Positions 1 to 11,419 of a stretch of DNA of 64,000 nt are shown here, one piece after another. The DNA is from Lama guanicoe. Taxonomy: Eukaryota. Position 1 is the stretch's first letter. Each line of letters begins with the position of its first letter. The notes below the pieces were generated by a model. That model searched no databases. It saw nothing but the letters and a program-made list of their open reading frames with translations, and was not told where the DNA came from. The DNA is taken from assembly GCA_013239625.1 (NCBI GenBank), contig MU054001.1:871884-935883 (forward strand). The letters run 5' to 3'. A program made the translations under genes and the position numbers.

Positions 1-290
1 TCATTCCTACCCTCAAACCAACATCTCCCCTAGGTCCCAGTGCTGTGCCAACTTGGTAAAAAAAAGAGGCCTTAGAAGGCCCACCAGGAGCTTACAGGTT
101 AGTCTGGAAGTTGTAAGGCACGAAAACACAAGATTCACATGGAATTGTGGGAAAATCAGGTAGGGAGGGACCTCTTATCATGCCCTAGGCCCATTAGGGC
201 ACTTAAATGCTCCACCTCAGATGAAGGCTAGACGGGGACTGGGAAAATTACAGCCCTGGCACTTGCATCTCTAGTCACTCACTTGTTCAC

Positions 291-420
291 ACATTCATTC
301 ATTCATTCAAGAATAATTTGTCAAGCTTCTTCCACATGCCTGGCCCTATGATATTAGACATAGCTCCTGCCCTCATGGAACTTATAGTCCCATTAAGGAG
401 ACAGACATTAAGCAAATAAT
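291..420 (-). mobile_element. LINE L2 3' end fragment
   Basis: (TTCA)n run followed by ...cctgccctcatggaacttatagtc...agacagacattaagcaaata, the typical antisense L2 terminus. Confidence 0.75.
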
Positions 421-561
421 CCCTGATCTTTATTATTTCTTTCCTTCTGCTAACTTCAGGTTTGGTTTCTTCTTTTTTCTAACTCTTTTCTGCTGGACAC
501 CAGAAATTAACAGAACATTGTAAACCAACTATGCTTAAATAAAAATTAAAAAAAATTAAAA
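421..561. mobile_element. Short L1 insertion: inverted ORF2 fragment (421-489, -) fused to L1 3' terminus and A-tail (490-561, +)
   Basis: Reverse complement of 421-489 reads KELEK/EETKPEVSRRKEIIKIR (one frameshift), an L1 ORF2 motif. 490-561 (tgctggacaccagaaattaacagaacattgtaaaccaactat...aaaa) matches the L1 3' ends at about 33000 and 46050. Confidence 0.75.
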
Positions 562-1194
562 TGATAATAATGGTCATCTAAATAAATGGCAGCCACAAGG
601 CTCTCACCCTCTGGGCAGCCAAACTCCCTCCTGCCTCCCCTCCCCTCCCCAGAGAGGGTGGGTGGTCTCTGTAGGTGGCAGCAGCCTTGGGTGAGGACCC
701 CCTTGCCTGTTACTCTGGCTCCCCAGCAGAATGCCTCTGTTCCTGAGCATCTAACCACCCACCCTGAAGAACCCCAAGAGTCACCGGTTGAAAATTTAAT
801 TGTCCTTATTTGTCCATTTGTCCTCAATTTCTGTACCCCCGGGTCATTACAACAAACAGCAAGTTTGCTCAATGCCTAATAAGTCATGGGAACTCTTCTC
901 TCCCAAGTGGGAGCCATCAGACCTTATAAACTCCAGCCCACAAGCCCAAACTGCCCCATGGAGCTCAGGGCCTTCAGGAGGAAAGCCAATGGCCTCTTGC
1001 AAAGCAGATACAACACTCTACTTGCCACACACTTTTTTTTTTCCCTACCATGATAAGGTAGCATTTTAGTTGCAGAGTCCCATGAACTGCACCCATGATC
1101 ACTGAGAAATTTCTGGAGTTAGATTGATGTTGGAAACTTTGATCTTCAGCACTAAAAGCTTTCCACCTTCCGTCTCTTAGATGCTTTGACCTTT

Positions 1195-1920
1195 CCTGAA
1201 CATTTCGTGTGGACATAAGTTTTCAAGTCCTTTGGGTAAATATCAAGAAGTCTGATGGCTCTATCACATGGTACGAGTATGTTTAGTTTGGTAAGAAATC
1301 ACCAAGTGGTCTGTTTACACGTGTCAGAACTTGAAAGCAATCAAGATGTCCTTCGGTAGATGAATGGATAAATAAACAATGATACACCCAGACAATGGAA
1401 TATTATGTAGCTCTAAAAATAAATGTGCTTGATTATCAAGCCATGAAAGGATATAGAAGAATCTTAAGTGCCTATTACTAAGTAAAAGAAGCCAATCTGA
1501 AAAGGCTACATCCTGGATGATTCCAACTCTCTGACATCCTGGAAAAGCAAAACTATGTCGACAGTCATTAAGACCAGTGTTTGTCAGGGTCTGCCGGGAG
1601 GAAAGCGGTGAAGAGACAGAGCACACAGGATTTTTAAGGCAGTGAAAATACTTTGTATGATGGTGTCATTGTGGACACATGCCATTATACATTTATCCAA
1701 ATCATAAAATGTATGACATGAAGAAAGAACTGCCCTATAAACTCTGGACTTTGGGTGATTGTGATGAGTCAATGTAGGTTTATCAGTTGTAGCAAAAGTA
1801 CCACGTGTTGCTAGGGGGCAGAGGGTATACAGGAAATCTCTGTACCTTCCCCTCAATTTTGCTGCAAAAAATATAATTTTTTGCTCTAAAAAAAAAGTAA
1901 AGCCTTAATTTAAAAAAAGA
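1195..1920 (+). mobile_element. Old L1 (L1MC-like) 3' end, with its 5' part (about 1195-1312) inverted
   Basis: Sense L1MC 3' UTR motifs (gatgaatggataaataaac, aagccaatctgaaaaggctaca, ctctggactttgggtgat, ggaaatctctgtaccttcc, A-tail). Upstream segment is antisense L1 (gtggacataagttttc...tttgggtaaata...gtatgtttagttt). Confidence 0.8.
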
Positions 1921-1931
1921 AAATCAATTCT

Positions 1932-1957
1932 CACACACACACACACACACACACACA
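1932..1957. repeat. (CA)13 microsatellite
   Basis: Direct reading. Confidence 0.95.
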
Positions 1958-2239
1958 TACAAAACCCTATGGATCCCCACAAAACCCTTATAGAAACCCA
2001 CCATATGCTGCCTAGATTTGATCATCTGAAAACTTTTCCATTCATATACTTCGAAAGGTCTGAGTTTTTAAAAAAAAAATAACTAAATCAGCACGAGGTC
2101 CACGTGGGAACCTATTACCTGGGATAGCGGCATTTTTAAACTAGGCTTGCCTCCCGTCCCAGCCATTCTTTGTCCTATGTCACCAGACACGCCCAAGCAG
2201 ACTGTCCCCCACACCAAACGGCTGTCATCACATGAGTGC

Positions 2240-2300
2240 AACAGAGAGCCACTTGGCACATGGTAGGCTCTCAATAAGTATCTGTCAATTCAAGAAATAG
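2240..2300 (+). mobile_element. L2 3' terminus fragment
   Basis: cttggcacatggtaggctctcaataagtatctgt. Confidence 0.55.
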
Positions 2301-3064
2301 AAATCTCCCTTTTCCAACAACCTTCCCTCCCTGAGTTAAAACGCACTCCAGTAGCAACAACCCAGAAAGGCAGATCTCATGGCGCAGGCTGTGGGGGAGG
2401 GGGTTGTGGGAAAAAGCTGATTTCAGGTTCCAGCTGCCACTCCAAAGGGCGAGGTTGGCTGCCTTCAGTGCCAGTCTCTGGAGTGAGAGCAGATGTGAAC
2501 ATCAAACACAAGATTTCAGAACTATAAACTGTTTATCTGTGTGCTGGGAAAGCCCATGCATCGCCCGAGCGGGCCACTCAGTTCCCCCCACTCCTTTCCT
2601 TCCTAATGGGCATCATAGGAAGGACGCCCTTTCTTAGTGGCAGTGTGAGTCCTCGCTGGGTGGCAGGGTGCAGGCTGGGCTGTGCGGTGACTGCCCGGTG
2701 GCACGAGGCCACCAGGGCAGGGTGAACGCCTGCTGCCTTTAATTTTTAGTGAATGAGCACCACAGTTCCACTCAACACCTAGTTTATGTGCCAGACGGCC
2801 ACCTCCTGGGCCAGAATGAAGCTTGTAGAGCAAGAAATAAAACATCAGGAGAATCCAAAGCATTGTCTGCTGGGAGGGGAGGGTGGGAGGGCTTGCCCAC
2901 TGAGCCTGATGCCAGAGCAGACCCAAAAGAATCCTTGTGGAATTAACTCACGTGGGGACCAGGGAAGGACCACGCCCACCTGGGGTCTCTGGGACCCTGA
3001 CTTCTGGGAGAGAGCAGCACAGAGCAACTGTGGGGTGTGAATGCGGGGTACGGGCCTAGGGGTC

Positions 3065-3260
3065 ACAGCTCTGGGTTAGAAGGCTGGCTCCACCACTTCC
3101 TCATCGTGTGACTGTAATCCACTTGCTTCCCTACTCCCGGCTTCTGGGTTCTCCTCTGTAAAACGGGACAGTAGTCGTCCTGAGCAACTAGACTGCTTGT
3201 GGGCATTGGATGAGGTCACTCACGTGGGGCTCTTAACATCCTAGGTGCTCAGTGAGCGGA
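3065..3260 (+). mobile_element. MIR SINE
   Basis: ggctccaccacttcc...tgtgact...ttctcctctgtaaaacggga...taggtgctcagt core order. Confidence 0.65.
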
Positions 3261-3429
3261 AGGGGCTGTCGGTATCGTGGTCATGGGGACGTGGGTCCAG
3301 GCTGCAGGGCCGCCTCCCCAGACCCTCAGCACACCCTCCACATCCTCGTCCCACCCGTCACGGTGGCTCTGTTGTCGTGATGCTCTGACTACGCAGACAC
3401 AGGTGCCACCCGGGAGGCTTAAGGTAGCT

Positions 3430-3620
3430 GGTTTGCTCTGCCACCTCCTAGCATGAGGCAGGTCTCTCTGCCTTCCGATAGCTCCATTTTGTCACCATAA
3501 AACAGAGACAAGAATCCCTACGCTCGGGGGCTGTGGTGAGCATTCCTTGAGACAGTGAGTATAAATTGCAGCGTGCCGTGAGGTGTGTCTTAAACCCCTG
3601 ACAGACAACAACTGTCATAG
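3430..3620 (+). mobile_element. MIR SINE (degenerate)
   Basis: ctctgccacctcctagc...ataaaacagagacaagaatccctac...gctgtggtgagcatt. Confidence 0.5.
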
Positions 3621-3961
3621 GCCTGACGGTGAATATGAGTATTGACCACTGATGGCTGACAGAGCCCCCAGGTAATTTCTACCTGAAGGAAAGGCCCTGT
3701 GTGGAGCACTGCCCGGCCCAAGTCGTAGTAAGGAGGCTTCTAAATCCTAATAGGATGGTTATATGGGGTCTACATCGTCCGAGTCTCATTCTGTCTTGAA
3801 AACCTTATTCGTGGGGGAAGACAGTTCATGGGTTTGCCTGCTTTACAGAGCAGGTCCCGGGGACTCATTAGGCATATTGTGGGGTCACATGGCTAAGACT
3901 TGGTGAGGTGAGACTCCTGGCCCGTCTAGGGTCACAAAGCCCGGCGGGCCTGCTGCTGTCA

Positions 3962-4177
3962 CAGTGGATCGCAGCCAGGGGCGGTTTTGCCCACCCCCCC
4001 CAAGGGGACAACTGGCTAAGTTTGGAGACATTTTTGGTTGTCACCACTGGGAGGGGGAGATGCTACTGGGTAGGTGCCAGGGACACTGCGACACAGGCTT
4101 CCAATGCACAGGACCGTCTGCACAGGAGAGAATTATTCAGCTTACAAAGTCAGTAACGCGATGGTTCAGAAACCCTG
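3962..4177 (+). mobile_element. MER20 (hAT-Charlie DNA transposon)
   Basis: cagtgg...ggggcggttttgccc...ggggaca...tggagacatttttggttgtcac...caatgcacagga...agaaaccctg; near full-length with terminal inverted repeats. Confidence 0.85.
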
Positions 4178-4399
4178 GGCTACCTTCTTGCTGCATCCAG
4201 GTGAGGTATCCTGACCAGCGGCGGTCAGAGGGCTCTAGAAGGGGGACAGATGGCAACGAAAGTGGTGGAGAGGGGGCACAAATACCCACTTCCCCTTCCC
4301 CACCTGAGCTCAGAGGCTAGGGTCTTATCAACCAGCTTGCCTCTGGTGTTTCCAGAAAACATATAAGTGGTGACAGTAGTTACTAGCCCTGCTCAGCCG

Positions 4400-4828
4400 A
4401 CGTTTCCAGTTCTTGTCGGCACATGTAAGCTGCCCTCGCCTGAGCCTGCAAAGAGAGTGGTGGCCACAGGGCATACTTGGAAGTGTGAGCAATGACTTTG
4501 ACCAAAGAAATGTGACTGTGAGTATCAGTCACTGCTGGCAGAGGCTTTGAGAGCCAGAGAATGACTCACCATGTCCCTGTTTCTCTACACTGGCAGAGAG
4601 AGATGAGGAGAGGATGGGGGCGGGCAGAGAGAGATGAGGAGAGGATGGGGGCGGGCAGAGAGAGACAGAGAGAGAGCTATTCCCGAGTGAAGACAACACA
4701 CAGCAGAGCCCCCAGCACATCTCTGATGATCGGTAGTGTGAATAAGGAATAAGCTTTCCTTGCTTCAAGTCACTAATATCTGGGACTTCTTGTTGTCACG
4801 ACGTAACTTAGCCTCTCCTGAACAGTAC
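4400..4828 (+). mobile_element. MaLR LTR (MLT1J/I-like)
   Basis: tgactttgaccaaagaaatgtga...ggcagaggctttgagagccag...cagagccccc...aataagctt...aagtcactaa...taacttagcctctcctgaacagta. Confidence 0.7.
4592..4665. repeat. 31-bp tandem repeat, 2.4 identical copies
   Basis: ggcagagagagatgaggagaggatgggggcg at 4592-4622 and 4623-4653, partial third copy 4654-4665. Confidence 0.95.
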
Positions 4829-4854
4829 CATTGCCCACAATGGAAAATAGATCG

Positions 4855-5025
4855 CCTATAAAAACCTGGATTTCCCGTTAATCTCTGGAAATGAGAAATT
4901 CTGGAAACTCTGGGTCTTCAGTCCACATAGCAAGATTAGGGCCACCCACATGGTGGCCACATGGACCACTTCATGCATCTATGTTATTTGCTTGGCAATT
5001 GAGGTGTTTGGGTTTGCAATGCCTG
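4855..5025 (-). mobile_element. hAT-Charlie MER102/MER103-like fragment
   Basis: aaaacctggatttcc...attctggaaactctggg...gtttgggtttgcaatgcctg terminus. Confidence 0.55.
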
Positions 5026-5289
5026 ATAACAATCTTGTCAAGAGTCAGCCCTGCCAAATTGGAAAGCTAGAAAGGGATTTTACCTACCCAGCTTATTCAG
5101 GGATGGGGAGGGAATGCAAGACCCCATCCCCTCCTTTTCTGGGGTGGGAGAATGAGAACCAGGCAAAGAGATTCTGAGGGGCCTTGCAACCTAAAAGGAT
5201 TGCTCCAAGTTTCTAGGGAAGAGACTGTACCTCTTATTTCCCACAGATGAGGGATGGTTTGCCACTGCGTTTTAGAGACGCTTCCTCGC

Positions 5290-5500
5290 CCCATTCATTC
5301 ATGAGTTCATCCATTTCCCTCGCCATCCGCTTCTCCATTCACTGAGTCCTCTACTCATAGATTCATTCATTCATTTACTCACCCATCCATGCATCTACTT
5401 GCTTACTCATTTACTCTATAATGTATTTATTTAACACGTTCACTAGGGGTCTTCCACGTGCCGGGTCGGTGCACGATCTCACCAACACATGCAGGGAACA
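5290..5500 (-). mobile_element. L2 3' fragment with degenerate (TTCA)n
   Basis: cattcattcat repeats then tttattaaca...cttccacgtgccggg. Confidence 0.55.
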
Positions 5501-5544
5501 CTAGTCACACACTGAGGTCTTCCTAAGTCTGGGGGAGTGGGGAA

Positions 5545-5925
5545 TGCTGAATTGTCTCCAAAGGTGGCTGATAACTGTCCCTCCCATCTCTGTGTCCACA
5601 CGCTGCTCCTCTTCACAAGAGGTGGCGTCTACTTGCCCTCCCCCTGAATCCGGACTGAGCCTGTGCCTCGCCTTGACCAAGGGAATGCAGCAGAGGCGAA
5701 GCTGTGCCAGGCTGAGCTTAGGTCCTAACAGACTCAGCATCGTCCTCCTCTACTCTCTTGGCGCAGAGCCCCTTTGACGTCCTTGAGGCTAGTGCCTCCC
5801 GCGCTCCCTGAGCTGCCCCAGAGGACACCGCACAGGGCAGGGATGAGCTATCCAGCCGAACCTAGCGAGAATAAATAGTTGTTGCTGTCTTAAGTGGCTC
5901 TGTTTGGGGGTGGTGTGTTACCCAT
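5545..5925 (+). mobile_element. MaLR LTR (MLT1F/G/H-like), internally deleted
   Basis: caagaggtggcgtctacttgccctccccctgaatccggactgagcctgtg...ttgaccaa...aataaatagttgttgctgtcttaag...tttgggggtggtgtgttac. Confidence 0.75.
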
Positions 5926-6079
5926 TGAAGCCGTGTGAATCTGATTAAGGAAGTCCCCAGGAAGGACGTTAAAAGTGCCAACTGTCATCTTATAGCCTTG
6001 TGAGCGGGGTTCGTCTATTTTAAACACAGATGTTTACAAAATACAGAATATTTCAAACCACACACACAAGCTGTTTATG

Positions 6080-7045
6080 ATAAAGTATGGGGAAAGAGAG
6101 AGAAAGAACGAGGTAGTCAGTTTTCAAGCAGAATTTAGAGAAAACTTAGCAGGCCCACAAGAGTCTCTCCTAGTTGGCAAAAAAATATTCTCACAGTAAG
6201 GAATGGCTTCAGGGTGCAAATCAGATCAAGGCATAGCCATAGACCCTTGTTAAGGTCTCAGAAAGACTAAAAGCTGTTTAAACTAATTAAACCCTCTTAG
6301 CTAGATAAAACTAAGAATTGTAAGAACATTGTCCCCAAGCATGCCTCAGTAAGAATTATGTATATGGCTTTGGGGAAATGAGAGAAATATCATTAAGATT
6401 CATTGATAATCCAACAAAGTTTTCTTTAAGAGAATTGTGTGGGTGAAAGCACACACCAGCTTGCATCAAAAGGGACTTGGGCCTTTTAAAATGGAAAGAG
6501 GGTCTCTCAGCCCCCAACATCCTTTAAGACACAGCCAGCTACAAACATGAGGCAATTCTCAGGAAGATGGAAGGACCTCGCAGGGGACAAAGACTAGAGC
6601 CCAGAGAGCTGAGGCAAAAACTGGGAAGAAAATGGAATTAAGGGCCCTCTTCTAGGGAGAAGAACTGGATCATGATCAACTAATATTTCACACGCATCCC
6701 CTAGAGGACAGCAGTTATGCCCAGTTGGATTTCAGAATCGCTGTGGGCCAGTAAGTGCTGTGTGTTCCCCATCCTTCTCCTTGGTGAAAGGAAGTACCAT
6801 TAGAAGTCCCCCTCTCCCTGTTTCACATTGTACATTGGGTGTATGAGTGAAGATGACCTGTCCTCTGACTTTCTACTTTATAGCTCTCTCAGGAACCTCT
6901 CCTGGGGAGTTTTACGTGCCTCTGGACCTGACTTTGATGACCGATCTTGAACTTCTAACTGTTGTAGTGGTATGTGATTCGTGCAGGAGGAGGGAGTGCA
7001 TTTTGCATGCAGGAGGGATGTGATTGTTGTGACTACAAGGAGGAC
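6080..7045 (+). mobile_element. MaLR internal sequence (MLT1-int)
   Basis: ggtctcagaaagactaaa, ccagttggatttcagaatcgctgtgggccagt...tgctgtgtg, cattgtacattgggtgt, attttgcatgcaggaggga; ends in a purine tract (aaggaggac) directly before the next LTR. Confidence 0.7.
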
Positions 7046-7570
7046 TGTGGCAGATGGCTTTGAAGATGGCTGCAGAAACCCCTCTCACCCTTCCTGCCCT
7101 TCTACAGCCTGTGAGCCACTGCTCCCATCGGGAGAGGGAGCCTGTTCTCCCTCCTCCTGGATCTGGATGGTCAAACCTCTTTGACCATTAGAATATGGCA
7201 GAAGTGAGGTTGCTCTACTCTTGAGGTCCAGCCTTAAGAGCCCTGGCACCTCTGCTCTCTTTCCAGAACATTCTTGCCACCATTAGAGGAGGCTCGGTCT
7301 AGGTTACAGAATGCTGGGAGACCACATGGAGAGAGAGAACCAAGGTGCCCTATGTGACAGCTGGCATCATGTGCCATGAACAAGGCCATCTTGGATCCTC
7401 CAACCCAAGTCAAGCCACCCCAGCCAACTTTATGAGGAGCAAAAGTGAGCCATTCCTGCTGAAGGGAGACTGCCCAAACTGCCAACCCACAGAAACATGA
7501 ACAATAGAAGGTGGGTTGAAACCATTAAGTTTTGGGGTGATTTGTTACACAGCGATGAGTAACCGAAACA
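7046..7570 (+). mobile_element. MaLR LTR (MLT1H-like), near complete (TG...CA ends)
   Basis: Starts tgtggcagatggctttgaagatggctgc; contains gccatcttggatcctcca; ends ttttggggtgatttgttacacagcgatgagtaaccgaaaca. Confidence 0.8.
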
Positions 7571-7964
7571 TGGGGCTTGCTTAGGGGCTGTCTCAGCTTC
7601 ATCTGATGAAATTGCTTCCAATTCACTCCTAGTCAAAGCTGAGCTGTCAGAAATGACATCTCAGAGCCCCACACCTCATCATAGCCTGATTTCCCAACAG
7701 GCCTTGAAATGGTTCCAACATGTGTGCAGGGAAGCTCACCGGGGAAACAGAGCTGCTGCCGAGAGCTCCAGCTTTGCCAGATTGACATCTTACTTCTTTA
7801 ACTTCCCAGCAAAAATGAGGAGTGGAGGACAAGGGAGGAGGAAACGGCGCCAGTGCTCACCCATTTCCAATGCCAAGGAGAATTCTTTTCGCTGTGCTCA
7901 TTTTCCTCTTAGCGACTGCTACCCACCAACCGTGATGCACAAGGCACGTTACATGGAATAACTT

Positions 7965-8110
7965 TTAAGGAACATTCTCTTGAAATCCCCACTTTGCAGA
8001 TGACAAAACTGAGTCTCCCAGAAATCATGGGACTTAGCTGAAGTCATTCAACTAGAAGGAGGGGAACCTGAGATAAAAACCCAGTATTTCTGACTTTCGA
8101 AGCAGGCTGT
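7965..8110 (-). mobile_element. MIR SINE
   Basis: ccccactttgcagatgacaaaactgag...ttctgactt. Confidence 0.7.
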
Positions 8111-8374
8111 TACCCTCTGTGTTGTTACATGACGCTTGTGTAAATATGTTGTTATTCATGCTTCCCTTCAGTGTGTACGCTGCACTTGTCCTGATCACGT
8201 TGGGCTCCGGAATATAATTTGCAAATGAGGTGCCTCCTACTCAGAAAGCTAAATGAACAGCAAGGTGTGGCTTGAGATGGTCTTGAACCTGGGCTGGGGT
8301 GAGACGCACTATAGGCAGAATGACAGCGGGAGGGGAGAGGTGGAGTCTTTTTAACAGAGAAGGAAAGGCAGGAC

Positions 8375-8550
8375 TTACTCTGGATTTAATTCTCTTTGAC
8401 ACTGCGCTGGGAAGTAGGCATATTGGTCCTCTTTTACAGATGAAGAATCTGAAGCTCCAAGAAGCTGGGAATCTCACCCAAGCTCACAGAGCCAATAAAT
8501 GGCAGAGAAGAAGTTCAGATCCAGTTGTTTCCTGAGGTGAAGTGCATTCC
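8375..8550 (-). mobile_element. MIR SINE
   Basis: ttttacagatgaagaatctgaagctc...cccaagctcacagagccaataaatggcagag. Confidence 0.75.
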
Positions 8551-10169
8551 TTGTCCATGAGTGGAGCTGGCTGTCAGAGGAATGGGGCCACCAAACACCT
8601 CTTCCATGACTGGCGGGAGTTGAGAATCCATCTTCATGGGCAAAGATAATTTTCTTTTGGCTCCATTCCTATAAGGCTCGGCCATCAGAGCTCTAAGCAG
8701 CTCCGTCTGCCCCTCAAGCAGTGTGAATCTGCAAATAAAGCTGGTGTGTAAACTACCTCAAAGAAATGATAGTGACGACTCTGTAGAATCAAATAACTTG
8801 AAAGGATGTACTAGACAGGATACTCAGTCATTTTCCTCTGTCTCTTTCTGTTTGCTCTTTTTCCTGGCAATTCCTTCCCTGATTCATTCCATTGACAGTT
8901 TTTGTTCAATTCACACCTTATCTTGGTGCTACTCTAGTTACTCAAGCTGCATTAATAACAATACAGAATCCCTGCCCTCATGAGATCTGTGTTCCAGTGG
9001 ATGAGAAAGACCCTATCCAGCTTTCTTCTCAACAAATCTCCCTTTCCTCAAATTAGAAACAAGCCTGAGATGGTCTGAAGAAGCAGGGGAAAGAGCGAAT
9101 GCGCCATCCGTCTCCTCTCTCCATTTATTCACGTCTGAACAAATTAATCTGGGATGAACTGCCAGTGTGTAATGCTTTTTCCCCACTGCCCCCTGCCCTT
9201 GTCAGGAGGTCAAGCTGTGGTTCAAGGCTATTTGGAGCATCCTGACTAAGGAGCGCGCTCTGCCCTCACCCACGCAGCCTAGTTGACCACAGGAATCCTC
9301 GCTCTGAGCCTCCCTTACAGCCCAGCTCCAAGGTGTCTCTTAAGAACACGCCAGGTGAGTTCTGAGATGTATCTCCCCCTTCCTGATAGCAACAAATGGG
9401 CCACAAGTCATTGCCAAAATAAGTTGCTTATTTTCAAGCAACTCAAATGAGCTATTTCATTTTCTAGGCCCATTCATTAGAATGTGGATTTACCCTTCGA
9501 AGAAGCAACTGAAACTCTATTTAGGATGACCACGGACCCAACTTTGGCTTCATTCCTTGGACTGTGAGGTTATGCCCTGCTTTGTCATTCCAGGAGGGCA
9601 AGAGAGTGTCTTATTTTGATATTTAATTCAAAGGCAGAGGAATTGGGGGTGGGGGTGGGTAGTGAAATGAAAAGTTAGAATTGGTATCATTGGCAAGAGA
9701 TTTAAAGGTCATCGAAGAGTCATCAGCCCTCACGGTTGACAATTCCAAAAAAAATAGTAGTTATAAAAGGGAAAACACCAATTGTTGTCTTGTCAAACAA
9801 AACCCCAAGCATTGTGTTTCGCATGAACACCCAGTAGCTTCCACCAATTTTGCAAAGCACGTTTCCCTTTGGGCGGGGATTGTCAAGTCTTCCCTTCTAT
9901 TACATCCTTCCATTGACATACTGGGGGCCCCAGGGGAGGGCAAATCCACCCAGATATTTGTAACTCTGAAAGTTCATTTGCGTCATTTGCGTCCAAGATC
10001 GGTCATTATTCTAGGCTCAAACCACATCCTGCAAAATGAAAACAACAAGGGGACCTTTGACCAAACACTGGGGAGGAGGTGGGAGAAGAAGCAAAGGGGC
10101 TGGCGCGCTGTTAAGGTGTTAAAAGACACAGCTCGTGTTTCGGGAGTTTTTAGCAACACACTCTCCCTG

Positions 10170-10490
10170 CAGTGCCATGTAATTACAACCTTTTCTTGGC
10201 TAAGTGTAGTACCCTGGAGATTACTATAAGTAACTTATAATAGAATTTTTATTAGCGGTAGTAATTTTTTATGATAATTAGAGTAATCTGCAGCCCATAA
10301 AATCAGAAGATATATAGTTATATCTTTTGTACAGGAAAAGTGTTTCTTCCAACTATGGAAACACCGTAAATGGCAAATGCAGCTTTATGGCCACTGTTGG
10401 CTTTTATGCGGGGCTGTTTGGTGTCTCTTTCCTTATTAACACTCTTCATTACTTTGGCAGTAAACATTTGATGACAAACTCAAAATGTGC
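10170..10490. promoter_or_regulatory. Candidate enhancer / conserved non-coding element (posterior HOX/CDX motif cluster)
   Basis: Repeat-free AT-rich block with TTTTATTAG, TTTTATGA, CCCATAAAA, CCGTAAA, TTTATGGCC, TTTTATGC and a FOX GTAAACA; conservation not tested. Confidence 0.45.
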
Positions 10491-10799
10491 TTAAAGCCAT
10501 CAAAAGGCAGCAGAAGCATCTCTGAATGCCTGCTAGCCTGGTACCCTCCCCGTCCCTGGCTTTCTCTCCTCTGTCCAGAGGTTTCCCAAAGGCAAGGTCA
10601 TTTGTCAGCAAGCTCCCCCAGCCCCAGCCCCAAGCTCAGCTCTGTCAGCCTCCGTGTGGCGGGTCTGACATAGAACTATTACAGAATGATCCAACTAAAG
10701 CCATAATTTCAGGAGAGCTAATGGCGCGATCTGAGTCTGCCCAGAGGTTATGGAGAAAGACTTAAAATGAACACTCATGTCTGAACTGACTGTGCACTG

Positions 10800-11235
10800 G
10801 TAAATGGATGTTATGCTAGCCGCTATAACAAATAAACCCCTGCATTTCAATGGCTTAACATGATAGATGTTTATTTGGGGCTTACTGATTAGTCAAGTGT
10901 AGGTGGACCTGGTCAGAGAGACTCTCTCCTCCTAGTGGTGATTTAGAGACCAAGGCTCCTTCCATCTTGAAACTCCACCATCTCCTGGGGCTTCATAGTA
11001 CTCTGCATCCATTTGTCAAATGCAGAAAGACAGAAGGGAGAGGGTATTCATTTTTTTACAACCCCATCTCAGAAGTGATGCCCTCTGATTGGTGAGAATG
11101 TGTCACATGACCACAGCCAGATGCAGGGGGTCCTGGGAACTTTAGTTCCAGGTGTGGCAGCTGCCCCACTTCAAGAACTCGACTCTCTAGAAGAGGAAGC
11201 AAGAATTTTATTGAGTAGCTGGTAGAACGACATAT
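10800..11235 (-). mobile_element. MaLR LTR (MLT1K/L-like)
   Basis: gttatgct...taacaaataaacccc...aatggcttaaca...caaggctccttccatctt...cacatgaccacagccagatgcagggg. Confidence 0.75.
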
Positions 11236-11419
11236 GAGGATGCCCAGCTCTTCACAGAAACAGAGCATAGTGAATATAACATTTAAGAACAAAATTTTAA
11301 AGTCAAACCTGTTATGTTTAAAGCCAACCTTTCCTTTTATTGTCATTACATTATTGTTCAGGCCTCAGCATACTTAGCTGTAATATGGGAGTAAAGATGA
11401 ATTGAATTGAATTGACTTC

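Noticed and set aside
9207..9224. AGGTCA...GGTTCA nuclear-receptor direct repeat
   Set aside because: Spacer is 6 nt, not the DR1/DR2/DR5 spacing of retinoic acid response elements
9681..10229. 182-aa ORF in non-repeat sequence
   Set aside because: TTG start, no recognisable protein motif or exon structure; length compatible with chance across six frames of 64 kb
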